From Callorhinchus milii (taxonomy: Eukaryota), in NCBI RefSeq assembly GCF_018977255.1, contig NW_024704773.1:3348001-3412000 (forward strand): 64,000 bases of DNA. Reading direction: 5' to 3'. Under the pieces are notes generated by a model. It was not told the DNA's origin, searched no databases, and saw only the letters and a list, made by a program, of their open reading frames with translations. Positions within the stretch are counted from its first letter, which is position 1, and each line of letters opens with the position of its first letter. Both the position numbers and the translations under genes were made by a program. This document shows, piece by piece, positions 25,700 to 37,080 of the stretch.

Positions 25700-26397
25700 T
25701 ATCGATACAATGCTGAATGTATATTTGGCTTGAAAAACAGAAACAATTGCCTGTTCAGTATTACACAAAACCACATACACGGTGCATTTATCCAATGAGC
25801 CATTGTCCATAATGTATTTTGTTCAATTTGTCATAAATGTTTGTATGAGATTACAGGTTAAGGGGAAACCCCCTATGTAACATTCATCGACTTCTGCAAG
25901 GCTTTCAATCTATTGAACGCCTTCATGATGAAACAAAGCCATGAGAATATATGGCTTTATCTTGGATTTTATCTGGAATGTGTAGTCCAGCTCCAAGATG
26001 TGGTATTGATTGGAAGATACAAGGGACATTAGTCCCAGTTGTTGATTCTTATTAATATCTGGAGGTTGTGGTGGACACCAAGTTTTGCTTGGACACTGTC
26101 CTGCAGGACTGCACAGAGAAGTGCGAAGGGCACTCTGTTTGTGCTCATCTCTCTTTAGGGGCAGCAAGGTTAGAAAACAGGGCAAGCTTGCAGTATATAA
26201 GACCTGTGTGAAAATAGTTCTCTGTTATACATCTGAGCTACTGAGGCTGCAGTAGAGAGGCTTCCTCCGATCCATTTGCAAATATCTCTGAATTTCCACG
26301 TTTAGTTTGGTTGCATGGAACTCGGTTTGGTTTGGATACTCTTAAGCATGGTGATGGGTTTCCCGCATGTGGCGGACACCTGGCTGACCAAATAAAA
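25700..26397 (+). mobile_element. Internally deleted non-LTR retrotransposon (RT remnants) ending in the family X 3' terminus
   Basis: YVTFIDFCKAFN at 25874-25909; WKIQGTLVPVVDSY*YLEVVVDTK at 26011-26082; ends ggtttggatactcttaagcatggtgatgggtttc...gacacctggctgaccaaataaa. Confidence 0.65.
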
Positions 26398-28343
26398 CTG
26401 TGATGAATGTGGATAAGACAATATCATTCTGATTGAAACCACCGACAGCATTAAAATAAAGTCAAAATGAGTCTCGTTGTATGCAAACAGCAGTTTTTTT
26501 CACAAGCAAAAATTCTTGCTTATATAATCAGAGTCTGGATGAATATTGGAGGTGGATTTTTATTTCAGTTTGCTTTTGTGCGTGCTGCAAAATTAAAACA
26601 AGTTGTTCCATTTTCCATAATGTGGGACATATGCAGACTTTGTGCTCGACTGAAAATGTGACAGTTTGGCTGACTCTCCAAGTTCATAGCAGACTCATTT
26701 CTGGATTGCAGACACAGGGGCTATTTTGTTACCAGAGGATGGCAAGATTACAATATTTGGACTTCAATAGAATTTGACAAGAAAGCAAGAAGGCCTCTTT
26801 TAGGAAAACATTTGTACCATTTGGTTTCTTTTCCTCTTGCTGGCACTTCATTCCATTTTGTTCACTGACAGTTACAGTATACAGTATCTTGCATAGAGAT
26901 TCTGTTTTTGCTTGTTGACAGTAAATTTGCCTTTTGTGGAGTAATGTAACAAACATTTTATGCCTTTTTATCATTTATTTGTGTCATGTCAGTCTTCAGA
27001 AAGTGACCAGGGTGGCTTAAAGTTGATTTCAGTTTTGTGAATTGTAGCAGATAGCACATGTCAAAAAAAAGACAGTTTCCCCGAAGCAGAAATTTGTCGA
27101 ACGGAAATTTAAAATGAATTTTAAAACTCTTTAACTAGGTAAGCAGTTGCCTTTTTTTTAAATAATGTTTAATTCAAAGCTAATATTCTCAACAGGATGT
27201 TGTGTTTCAATTATGCCTCAATTTGAAAGCTAGTTATTAAAAAGATTAAGTTCTTAAAAAGATTAAGATTGAATTCAAGAATTTTGTCCAGTTCTGCATG
27301 ATCTTAAATATTAAGGGAAAATAGTCTCACAGACTGAAACTGGGTGGAATTTCAGGCTTCACTGGTGTCATGATTTTGGAGCTGCAGATAAATTGCAGGA
27401 TGGAATTAACTGCCGGCATCATTAAATCACTTTTAATCACTCTTTAACTCTCTGTTAACTATAAGTCAAAAGTTAATGCAAGTTGTAAAACCTCTGTCAG
27501 AGTGAGAAATGACAACTGTGTAAAAATAGATTCATTTACACAGATGTTTAAACAAAATGTGAAGTGGCACCTGAATTATTGGTGTATTTGACCACCAACT
27601 GGTCAAATCCTGAAATAAAAGCTGTTGTTTCACCATCCAGATGTGCAAAAGGAAGTGGGAGTAGTTGTGTTTGGCAGCTCGGGTTTAATGAAGAGCAATT
27701 CTGAGTGGCCAGCTCTTCAGTCTGTGGCAGATCACTGACAGAATGTGTTTGTTTTTTTTAAAAAAGTGCCAGATCTTTCTACAGAACCATTTGCTACTGG
27801 TTCACCTCCGAATTGTAGCATGTAGCAAATATTAAAAAAGACACTGTTTTCCCAAAGCAGAAATTTGTCAAGTGCAATTTTCTAGCAACAGGGATCTCAC
27901 TAACATCTTGCTGGAAGCATGCTAAATCAGCTATGGGGTTTGCAGTTTATTTCCATTCCCTCGAACCTTTAGTTTTAAATATTGTCCAAAATGTGAGAGA
28001 TTGTAGTTAACTGAATCACAAGATGCTGAGCTCTGGATTTTGTATTTGGATGAACTCACTAGTCACCTGTACGTCATTTAAAAAAAGCATATTTAATAGG
28101 TTTATATCTGAGCATCACGGCCAGAAGGCTGCTCTTAATTAACACAACCCTCAATTCCTGTCAGTTTCACTGTAGATAAGGTTACCCCGGTGGATGCAAA
28201 CTTGTTCAAAAGCTTCTGTTTGGAAAATGGAATTAGTTATTCCATCTCCATTTTTTCATTTGGAAATATGTTTGTCTCCACAAAAAGAATGCCTCCATGT
28301 AGAAAATGCTCCATATAGAACCCAATTCTGCTTACTGGAGAGC

Positions 28344-28667
28344 ATAATAATAATAATAATTATCCTTGCATTTGATATAGCGCTTTTCACGTCGGGAGGA
28401 CGTCCCAAAGCGCTTCACAGAACACACTGTAAAGTGAATTGACTGTATATTTGTGGGCGAACGCGGCAGCCAATTGCGCACAGCAATGTCCCACAAACAG
28501 TCGTAGATTGAAAATGACCAATTTATTATTGTTTTTTTTGTTTTGGAGGGATTATTATTAGGCGTGTGGAGTAAGGAAACTTGCCCAAGGTTTCGCCCTC
28601 TGCCTGGAATTGAACTCAGGTCTCTCGCTTGCAAAGCGAGTGCTCTAACCACTGAGCTCCAGGACTC
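28344..28667 (-). mobile_element. Young tRNA-derived SINE, short subfamily
   Basis: Nearly identical to 35661-35986; A and B boxes, CTCGC-TTTGCAA-GCGAG anticodon-like arm, (ATT)n tail. Confidence 0.92.
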
Positions 28668-29929
28668 AAAGTTTACTGAAGGTGCTACATTTAACCTCAG
28701 CCCCAGTTCCTACTTCCATTTGGAGAGAGAAGCAAAACAAGAAATTCTTTAACAGTTCTTTGGATGCAAGAACTGCTCTTGAGCTATTTGAATAAGGACC
28801 AATATATCAATTATAAACTGTTGGGAACTTTAACAATCAATAATCCGTTTCTGAGAATGTGGCAATTTTCACTCTCTGTAAGCTGGATAGGGTTTCCATG
28901 CCCAAACTCTATTGGTTGAATGAGTCACTGAGAGGGTTGAAAACACTGTGAGGGTTGTCATGTTTTAATTAAAAAATCCAAGTGGGAATACCTTTCAGTA
29001 ATTGGAAGTATGGAATGCATGCCGACACACTGGAACTCTGCTCCAAAAGTAAATCTTGCAGGAATGAGTTCCTGTGATATATTTCTGGATTCTTTAATAA
29101 AGGAATGATTTGAAGTTGCCACTGTTTGGTCCTTTACCCAGTGGTAGAAATTGCCTGTGGTGCATGCAGTGGCAGGGATGGGGGATGGGGGGAAGAAGAA
29201 AAAATTCCACGAGGTGATACAGAGAATTTTTTTTCAAGAAAAACTGCTTTCAAAATGTGATTTGATGCTGAATGCTGAAGTGGCGTTCAGCATACTTAAC
29301 ACTAAGGTTACATTATAGAAATTGTCTGTCGATTAGTTGCTTGCAAAATAGAAGGAAAGGTGTTAGTGCTGTTTATTTAAGCTAACACACTTACAAACAA
29401 AAGATTACCTGTGAATATATTAGCTTCGCAAACTCAAGACAAGGTGATATTGAGTTGCTGAAAGTATCTTTCTGAAAAGAACTACCTCTTCTCTTTGTGT
29501 CTTTGGTGGGGAAAAATAGCCAGTCAACTTCCCTGATGGGAGGACAGAAATAGTGAATCTCCTGCAAAGCAAACATTTTACTTGGCAGTGGTTGAGACAC
29601 TTCTAGAACTAATGTAGACTTTGCTCATGACCAGCAGCATTGATCGGACAAGCGTGAAGAGGAATGATATGTATATTAGAAAAAAAATCTTTGGTACTTC
29701 TGTGTAAATTTTGAAGCAAACACTTGACGGAGACTGGGAGGAAAAGAAATAAAAATGATCCACTGCGGCGTGAAAACAAATCAGTCTCCACTGTGGGGAA
29801 GCATATGAACTCCCAAAAAGATTCTTCACCAGCTTTGCATCACGGCTTTGTGTCCACTCACTTCTCTTTATAGCAAGGCCAAAGAAAATGACCCTTGTCA
29901 ATTCTTACTTATTATTTAGCTCTAGCCTT

Positions 29930-30275
29930 AGTGTTAGTCTGGCTCAATTGGTAGGGCTCTCGCTTTTAGGTTAGAAGTCTGCGAGTTCAAGTACTGCATT
30001 AGGACTATGAATGCACAGTCCAAGCTGACACTCCAATGCAGTATTCGGTAATATATTAGGTCTGAGGAGTTGATAGACTGAGGACTGCCTGTTAAAGATG
30101 TTGGAAGATTATGTGACAGTATTAACTAAGAAAAGGGAGTTTGAGTCTCTATGTGTACATTGGCTGATGCTTTTGCCCACAAATACACAATCACTAAACT
30201 TGACAGCAATTCCCTGTGAAGCGCTTAGAGACAATATTGAAGGCGCTATATCAATACACAGACTGTTGTTATTAT
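29930..30275 (+). mobile_element. Degraded DeuSINE-like SINE
   Basis: ggctcaattggtag head, gctgacactccaatgcagta core, L2-type tail. Confidence 0.7.
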
Positions 30276-30319
30276 CTACGCCCCATGTGTGGAGTAGAAC
30301 TGCCAAGAGGGAAAGTGAA

Positions 30320-30915
30320 GGAAGGTGAAAGCGACCTAGGGGTGTTAGTTGATTTGTCGCTCACCATGTCCAAATATTGTGAAGCAACAATAAACAAGGC
30401 AAAATAGGATACTGGGTTATATTGCCAAATTAGTTGAGTTTAGATTCCAAGAAACCATACTCAAGCTGTCCAATGTTCTGATCAAGCCAAACCTGGAATA
30501 CTGCATACACTTCAGTTTGTACTACGAGATGGGGGTGGGGGGGGTTACCTAGGTCCGAGAGGCAATGCAGAAGAGAGGAATAAGACTGATCTCACGTGAT
30601 AAGGGAAAAGTTACGGTGAACAAAAATAAATAAACTAGGTATCTTCATCCTTGAAAATGGGTGTTTCAAAGGGACCTACAGAAGGCTACACAATGTTAAA
30701 TAAGCTAAAGAAAATAAATTTGAAACCATACTTTAGAAACACCAAGGCTGCAGAACAGAAGAGTGCAGATTTAAGGTTATAGAGGGCAATATTAGGAAAG
30801 GCACCATGATTTTTTTTTTAACGTGAAGGTATTCAACATTTTGAACAGTTACCAGGAAGAGTGGTTTAAGACAGGACACTCAATGTTACTCTTTCAAAGA
30901 GCCAGCATAGATGTG
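30320..30915 (+). mobile_element. Old CR1 ORF2 3' fragment
   Basis: ESDLGVLVDLSLTMSKYCEATINKA matches the CR1 E.DLGV.V...L motif; degraded downstream. Confidence 0.75.
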
Positions 30916-31959
30916 ATGGGCTTCAATGCTGTAAATGTTATGGTTCTATGGACTCATTTGTGATGATAAATTGGAAGACCCTGTGCTTGGTAATCTAAAA
31001 GGATTTTGTGAATTACTTACTTTATTAAGACTTTATTTGGAGAAATTCTCTGGCTCATTTGGTATAATTTGGGTGATCTTAAGAGCCAACCAATGGGCCT
31101 CAATGGCCCTGTTTGAGGGAACCAGAGGGAAGATCCTTTGCCTGATTGCTAGTCCGGATGTGGGGTAAAGATAGGACTGAAGTCAACTCTTACTTCTCCC
31201 CCCTTCCTTTACTGCTAAGAATTATTACACAGTCTCATGTATGAGGAATTCCCCCACAGGGTGATACGCACAAAGATTGCTATTGTCCGTGGAATTGGGC
31301 CTCAGAGTGAATCATTGCCTTCATGAGGAGGAGATGAAAGGTAGAATAAAGTCCCGATTCAGGCTAGATTGGTTGAATGACCTTTTCTCATTCCACACTT
31401 GCATATGTTATTTTTGTTGTGCCAGGAACAGCATGTATACTCTGCCTGGGCAAGAACTCAACTGGAATTAGACTCTCCTGTGTATAAAAGGCACCATGCA
31501 GGGGTAATGGAGGGAAATTATCAAATGGGAACAATCCAGCGTTAATTGAGTGCCCCTTACAATGAATGAAGGATGGAAGCCAAAAGTTTTAAAGTAAATC
31601 AGTAAAATGCCCAGGAATGTCAAGCAACATTCAGTCTGTAGTTTGAGGTTTATTTCAGGTATTTTTAACCACAAGTAATTGGTAAGTGAACTCAGTGTTT
31701 CCTGTCCTTTCATTCATGCAAGGGGATAGTGCAATGAGTTGTCATGAGATCAAATTCTGTCTGATGTTTGAAGTGCCAGAAGACCCTTTTCAGATCACTG
31801 AAGGTCTGTAGCTTCTTTGGGGAGAGGCAGCTAAAGGTATTTTTGTGGTTGTTTTGTGCTCTTCACAATGGAAAGCATTTGGCTGGGCCTCCTTAAATGT
31901 GATAATTTGGAAAAAATGGGAAAAAATCTCCCCCCCCCCCCCCCCCCCCTTCCTCCCTC

Positions 31960-33723
31960 TTCACTGTCTTGGAGTCATCTGAACTCCTTTCCCTCTGGGC
32001 TTCCTCCCGCAATGACCTATCCTCCTTGGTCACTCTTCTCCACAACTCCCTCTCCACCACTCTCGATGCCCTGGGTCCCCTCACTTCCCGAACTGTCTCC
32101 TACTTACGGAAGTCACCCTGGTACACCAGCTACCTCCGCTCCCTCAAGGCACAGATGTGTGCCGCCAATGCACCTGATTCAAATCTAGTTCAACGGTCCA
32201 TTGGCAGATTTGGCTGGATGTTATCAAAACTTACTGCTCCGTCCTCGCCTCTGCTAAATCATCCTTCTACTACAAGACAACGTTGGAGGTCAAGGGTAAC
32301 CTCAGGCTCCTCTTCTCCATCACCAACTAGCTCCTCCACCCACCCTCTCACCCCTCATCCATCCTCTTCTCCAACGCCAACTGCGAGGCGATGTTGTACT
32401 TCTTCGTAACCAAAGTCAAGGGCATCTGCTCAGCTGCCTCTGCCCTTCCGTCTACTACCCCCACCCTATCTCCCCCTCACAGCCCGGCCCCTACCCATCC
32501 CTCCCTCCACACCTTCAAATCTGTCTTCCCCCTCCTGGCAAAGTGACGAATGACATTCTGTCCTGCGACCAGGGCTCTCTGCCTCTTCGTCCTCCTTGAC
32601 CTCTCCGCTGCCTTTAATACCACTGACCACTCTGTCCTCCTCCATCGCCTCTCCTCTCACCTCAGCTTTCATGGTTCTGCCCTTGACTGGTTCAGATCGT
32701 ACCTCTCACACCATCTCCACTTCATCTCCACAAACGGCTTCTCCTCTAGCCCCCGCACTATCTCATGCGGCGTTCCTCATGGCTCTGTCCTTGGTCCCCT
32801 CCACTTCCACATCCATATTCAACTCTAACCACTGTCTGTCAGACATCAAGTTCTGGATGAGAGCTAACTTTCTACAGTTGTACGTCAACAAGACCAAGGC
32901 CCTCCTGACTGGCTCCCGTCAGCACTTCCTCACCTCAGGCGCTGACAGCATCACCATCCAAGGATGCACACTCCACCTTACTAAGCCAGTCCAGAACCTT
33001 GGTGTCTTGTTCGACCCTCAACTATCCTATCTACCCCACATCCATGCCATGACCCGCTCTGCTTTCCTCCACCTCCACAACATTGCCCGGTTCCGCCACT
33101 GTCTCACATCGCAGGCCGCTGAGACCCTCATATATACGCATAGCATCCAGGCTTGACTATGCAAGCTCCCTGCTTGTGGGCTCCCCAGCTCCTCCCTCCA
33201 TAGTCTGCAGATCATCCAGGGCTCTGCAGCCCGTTTCCTCTCCCACACCAGGCTCTGTGACCCTATCACCCCCATCGTCCCCCGACTCCACTGGCTTCCC
33301 ATCACTCAAGAGAATATAGTCCAAGATCCTGCTCCTCACCTTCTAAACCCTCCTTGGCCTTGCTCCCCTCTATCTCTGCAACCTCCTAACCCCCTACCAA
33401 CCTTCCCCCACCCACCGCTGAATGGACTCCGGCCTACTTCACGTCACCCGCCTCGCCCCCCCACCATTGGCGGTCGGGCCTTCAGCCACTCTGCTCCCAC
33501 CCTCTGGAACGCCATCCCGCAGTCCCTCCACCTCACCCCCTCCCTTGCCTCCTTCAAGGCCCATTCTCAAGACCCTCCTTCGACCGTGCTTTTGATCACC
33601 CTCCTTCCCCCCTCTGCTCTCCATCCTCCACCCCCAAAACTCCAAAACTCTGATTGTCCAGAGCCTTGGGACGTCCTCTTGACCTGAAAGGCGCTATACG
33701 AATGTAATTTTGTTGTTGTTGTT
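31960..33723 (+). mobile_element. L2 LINE, longest copy (~1.76 kb, internally deleted, frameshifted)
   Basis: RT motifs LLDLSAAFNTTDHSVLLHRL and GVPHGSVLGP, CLSDIKFWMRANFLQL, VQNLGVLFDPQLS; (TTG)n tail. Confidence 0.93.
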
Positions 33724-34756
33724 GATCAGTACGTTTCAAAGCCCAAAAGGCTTCATGATCTTAGACTTAAGAACCTTTAAGAAGGTGCAGAATTTTTCAG
33801 AAGACCTGAATTCACTCTTCAAGCTGATTTTCTGCCCTTTATATAAGGACAAAAAAAAATGGCTTGAAATTTAAGACAGAATTGAAGAATTTTCTTTCAT
33901 TTTCTTAATGGCACAATGGGCCAAATGGCCTTCTTCTGTAGGCCGTACTGAAGAAAGAAACATGAGGAACTTCAGGCCACTGTGGAAAGCTAAGGCATGA
34001 GAATTTACGTGAAAGATTAGGATTTTTAGTAACTGGATAAAATAACATTGAGAAAGGGTATTATATATCAAGCAAAGAGCTTGCATTTTTATAGAAAATG
34101 CATTAGTGTGAATCAGAGGTGAGGACAGGCTTGTCCTGACTTGTTCCCTTTCCCTCACACAGTGGAATAGCCTGTTGATGCACTTTAAGGGATTCAGCAC
34201 CTGAAGAATGGCCAATCTGAATAACCCAGCATAAATTGTGACCCTTAAGAGGGAGGGGGGGGGTGTGGGGGTGGAGGTGAGTCAACTGTAGCACATGAGT
34301 ACCTAAGGGAACAGGGCATTCAGCCCATCAAACCTGTTCCACCAGTTTATTCGATCTTGACGAATAACCAATAATCCAAATATCCACCATTTCTCCATAC
34401 CCCTTAATACATCATACCTCAAGTGTCTGTCTATCTCTCTTTTAAACATATTAATTCATACTAATAAAGAATTGCATAGCGATAACAGAACAGCACAGTG
34501 ACACAATAAATTGGGTTCATTCCTGTTACTGTAGGAACTGCTGTTATGAGGAATTCATTTGAATTCTCTCTGCTCAACGAGATCTGTGATTATTTTGTCA
34601 TCCAACATATAGTTTGCAGTAGGTACTTAGTACTCTCATTGAGAGTTTGAAGTCATGACTTACTGATTTCTGACTCTGAGTGTTGTGCCATCTGGCAATA
34701 CGCACACCAGAAAGATTAGAGTTCAGACAAGACATCATATTTTTGACATATTGTGT

Positions 34757-35045
34757 GTTAGCCGAGTGCATTGGTTGCATTCTTTCCCCTGAGTTAGAAG
34801 GTTGTGGGTTCAAGCCCCACGTCAGGACTTGGAATCACATAGTGGACACTCCAATGGAACGCTAGGGGATGTGTTACATTGTCAGAGATGCCGTAGTTCG
34901 AATGAAAGGCTAAATCGAGAAGCCAGGTTCAGGTGGATGTTAAAAATCCCTTGGCATCTGTTCAAAAAGAGGAGGGAATTCTCCTGGGCCCTGGCCAAAA
35001 AATCCCCCAAATAAAATTGATCATTCACCCCTTGGCTGTTTCGGA
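34757..35045 (+). mobile_element. Degraded DeuSINE-like SINE
   Basis: gagttagaaggttgtgggttcaagcccc head; caggtggatgttaaaaatccc core. Confidence 0.7.
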
Positions 35046-35660
35046 AATACTGCAGTAGATACTGTGCTCTGATGCCATTAGCAATCAGCTGCTTATCGAG
35101 TTATCGTCTAGGTGCCATGTGTGATATTTAAGTTAATAATTCCACTCTCTCAAATTCTTATTCAGCAGTTTATAATGCTGATGGCACATTTTATTGTCGT
35201 GTGAAAGTGTCTTTTTGAAATAAATAGATAGTCAAACCAGTTAAAGCATCCCACTTCCATTCAGCAACCACCCCACTGTTAACAACCACCCCGGAACAGC
35301 CACTTCAGTGTGCGTTCACACACTGACTAACCCTTACTCAGAGGCTACCCATATATAAAAGGCCAATTTGGCCCAGTGGCCTGAATGGTTGTTGACGACA
35401 GGCTTGATGATTTTAAACAAAATGTAGGCTGAGCCCTCGATGCAATAATTAGTTGAACCCTTTTATAATGTAGCTCTGGTGGTGGGCAGGTTCTGTAGAA
35501 TTGAGTTCCTGCATCGCAGGACGGGCTGCTGGTGAGTTGCCTGGTCAGCACTTCTCAAGTTGTCAGACACATCGCTGATATCAGGAGGAGTAGAAAGTTG
35601 GCCAATCACCAGAAATGTACAGTGTACCTGCAATACACCACAGTCTTATGGGGTCACACT

Positions 35661-35986
35661 ATAATAATAATAATAATAATCCTTGCATTTGATATAGCGC
35701 TCTTCACGTCGGGAGGACGTCCCAAAGCGCTTCACAGAACACACTGTAAAGTGAATTGACTGTATATTTGTGGGCGAACGCGGCAGCCAATTGCGCACAG
35801 CAATGTCCCACAAACAGTCGTAGATTGAAAATGACCAATTTAATTATTGATTTTGGTTTTTTGGAGGGATTATTATTAGGTGTGTGGAGCAAGGAAACTT
35901 GCCCAAGGTTTCGCCCTGCCTGGAATTGAACTCAAGTCTCTCACTTGCAAAGCGAGTACTCTAACCATTGAGCTACAGGACTCCAC
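35661..35986 (-). mobile_element. Young tRNA-derived SINE, short subfamily
   Basis: Nearly identical to 28344-28667 and to the reverse complement of 63574-63898. Confidence 0.92.
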
Positions 35987-36147
35987 TATAGAGACCAAGT
36001 CCATATTGTTTTACGAGAAGAAATGGTACACAGGCGAAACTAGCATTGTTCTTTTTACTAACTAATCAGATTGTTCCCTTTATGATAACAGCCTTTATGT
36101 TTAGTGAATCATTTCTCTGCAAATTTCCCCCCTTTTTTCTTTGAAAA

Positions 36148-36371
36148 CTCTGGAACACTCTCCCTCAATCTCTGGAACACTCTCCCTCAATCCCTCCACC
36201 TCGCCCCACTCTCTCCTCTCTTTCAAGTCCCGCCTGAAAACGTTCCTCTTCAACCGTGCTTATGGCCACTTCTCCTCTCCCCCTGGCTTGGAGTCAAACT
36301 CCACCACTGTTAACCACTCTGAGACGCTGCCCTACGTGGAGGGCACTATATAAGTGCAAGTTGTTGTTGTT
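36148..36371 (+). mobile_element. L2 3' fragment with a 22-bp tandem duplication at its 5' junction
   Basis: (ctctggaacactctccctcaat)x2, then ttcaagtcccgcctgaaaac and an L2 tail. Confidence 0.75.
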
Positions 36372-36400
36372 TGAAGAGATTAACAGGTCCGTGACTCCTC

Positions 36401-36506
36401 AGCCTGTCGAGCCTGTTCCGCCATTTAATTAGATCAGCCACGATCTAATTAAATGGCGGAACAGGCTCGACGGGCTAGATGGCCTACTTCTGTTCCTATG
36501 TTCCTC
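36401..36506. repeat. Near-perfect inverted repeat (35-bp arms, 6-nt loop) derived from a CR1 3' end
   Basis: Arms 36401-36435 and 36442-36476 differ at one position; followed by the CR1 tail ggcctacttctgttcctatgttcct. Confidence 0.9.
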
Positions 36507-36689
36507 ACTTTTTTCCTTTTGATAGAGAGGCAGACATTTTCAGATCTACCCGCCTCAAAAAAACGTTTTTTTAAATCTAACATATCTAATATATAGAACA
36601 ATTATATCTTATAATACTTGACAAATGTGCTTACAAAAATCCCAGACAATACAACCATGAGCAATGCATTAAAGATTGGTTCGTTCTGA

Positions 36690-37080
36690 ATCAGCCACAT
36701 TTGGAATGTTGTGTGCAGTTTTGGACACTCTACCACCAATGGAGCTTGAAATGTTGGAGAGGGTTCAGAGAAGATCAGCAAGGATGATTCCAGGAACCAG
36801 AGCTCTTAAATTATGAGGGAAGTCTCACAGAGCTGAATTTGTTTTCATTGGAAAACAAATTGAGGGAAAATGAAATCCTGGTCCTTAAAATAATGAATGA
36901 TTGGCATGATGTAGAATGATATAAGTGGACTATTTGATTTGGATCAGGAAGAAGAACTAAAGCTTTAAATGATAAAACCTCATGTGGGAATAGGAGATTT
37001 TAAGCAGTGGAACAGTGGATAACTGGAACAGACTCACATTAAGAGTCGTCAAATGTGCGTTAATTAGTTGTTTCAGCAAC
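36690..37080 (+). mobile_element. Old CR1 3' fragment
   Basis: ccacatttggaatgttgtgtgcagttttgg...ttggagagggttcagagaag (LEYCVQFW / LERVQRR remnant). Confidence 0.7.

Noticed and set aside
31856-33339. Cluster of 100-186 aa ORFs as host genes
   Set aside because: Frameshifted L2 ORF2 remnants; the ORFs at 40106, 44008 and 45217 are likewise CR1 remnants.
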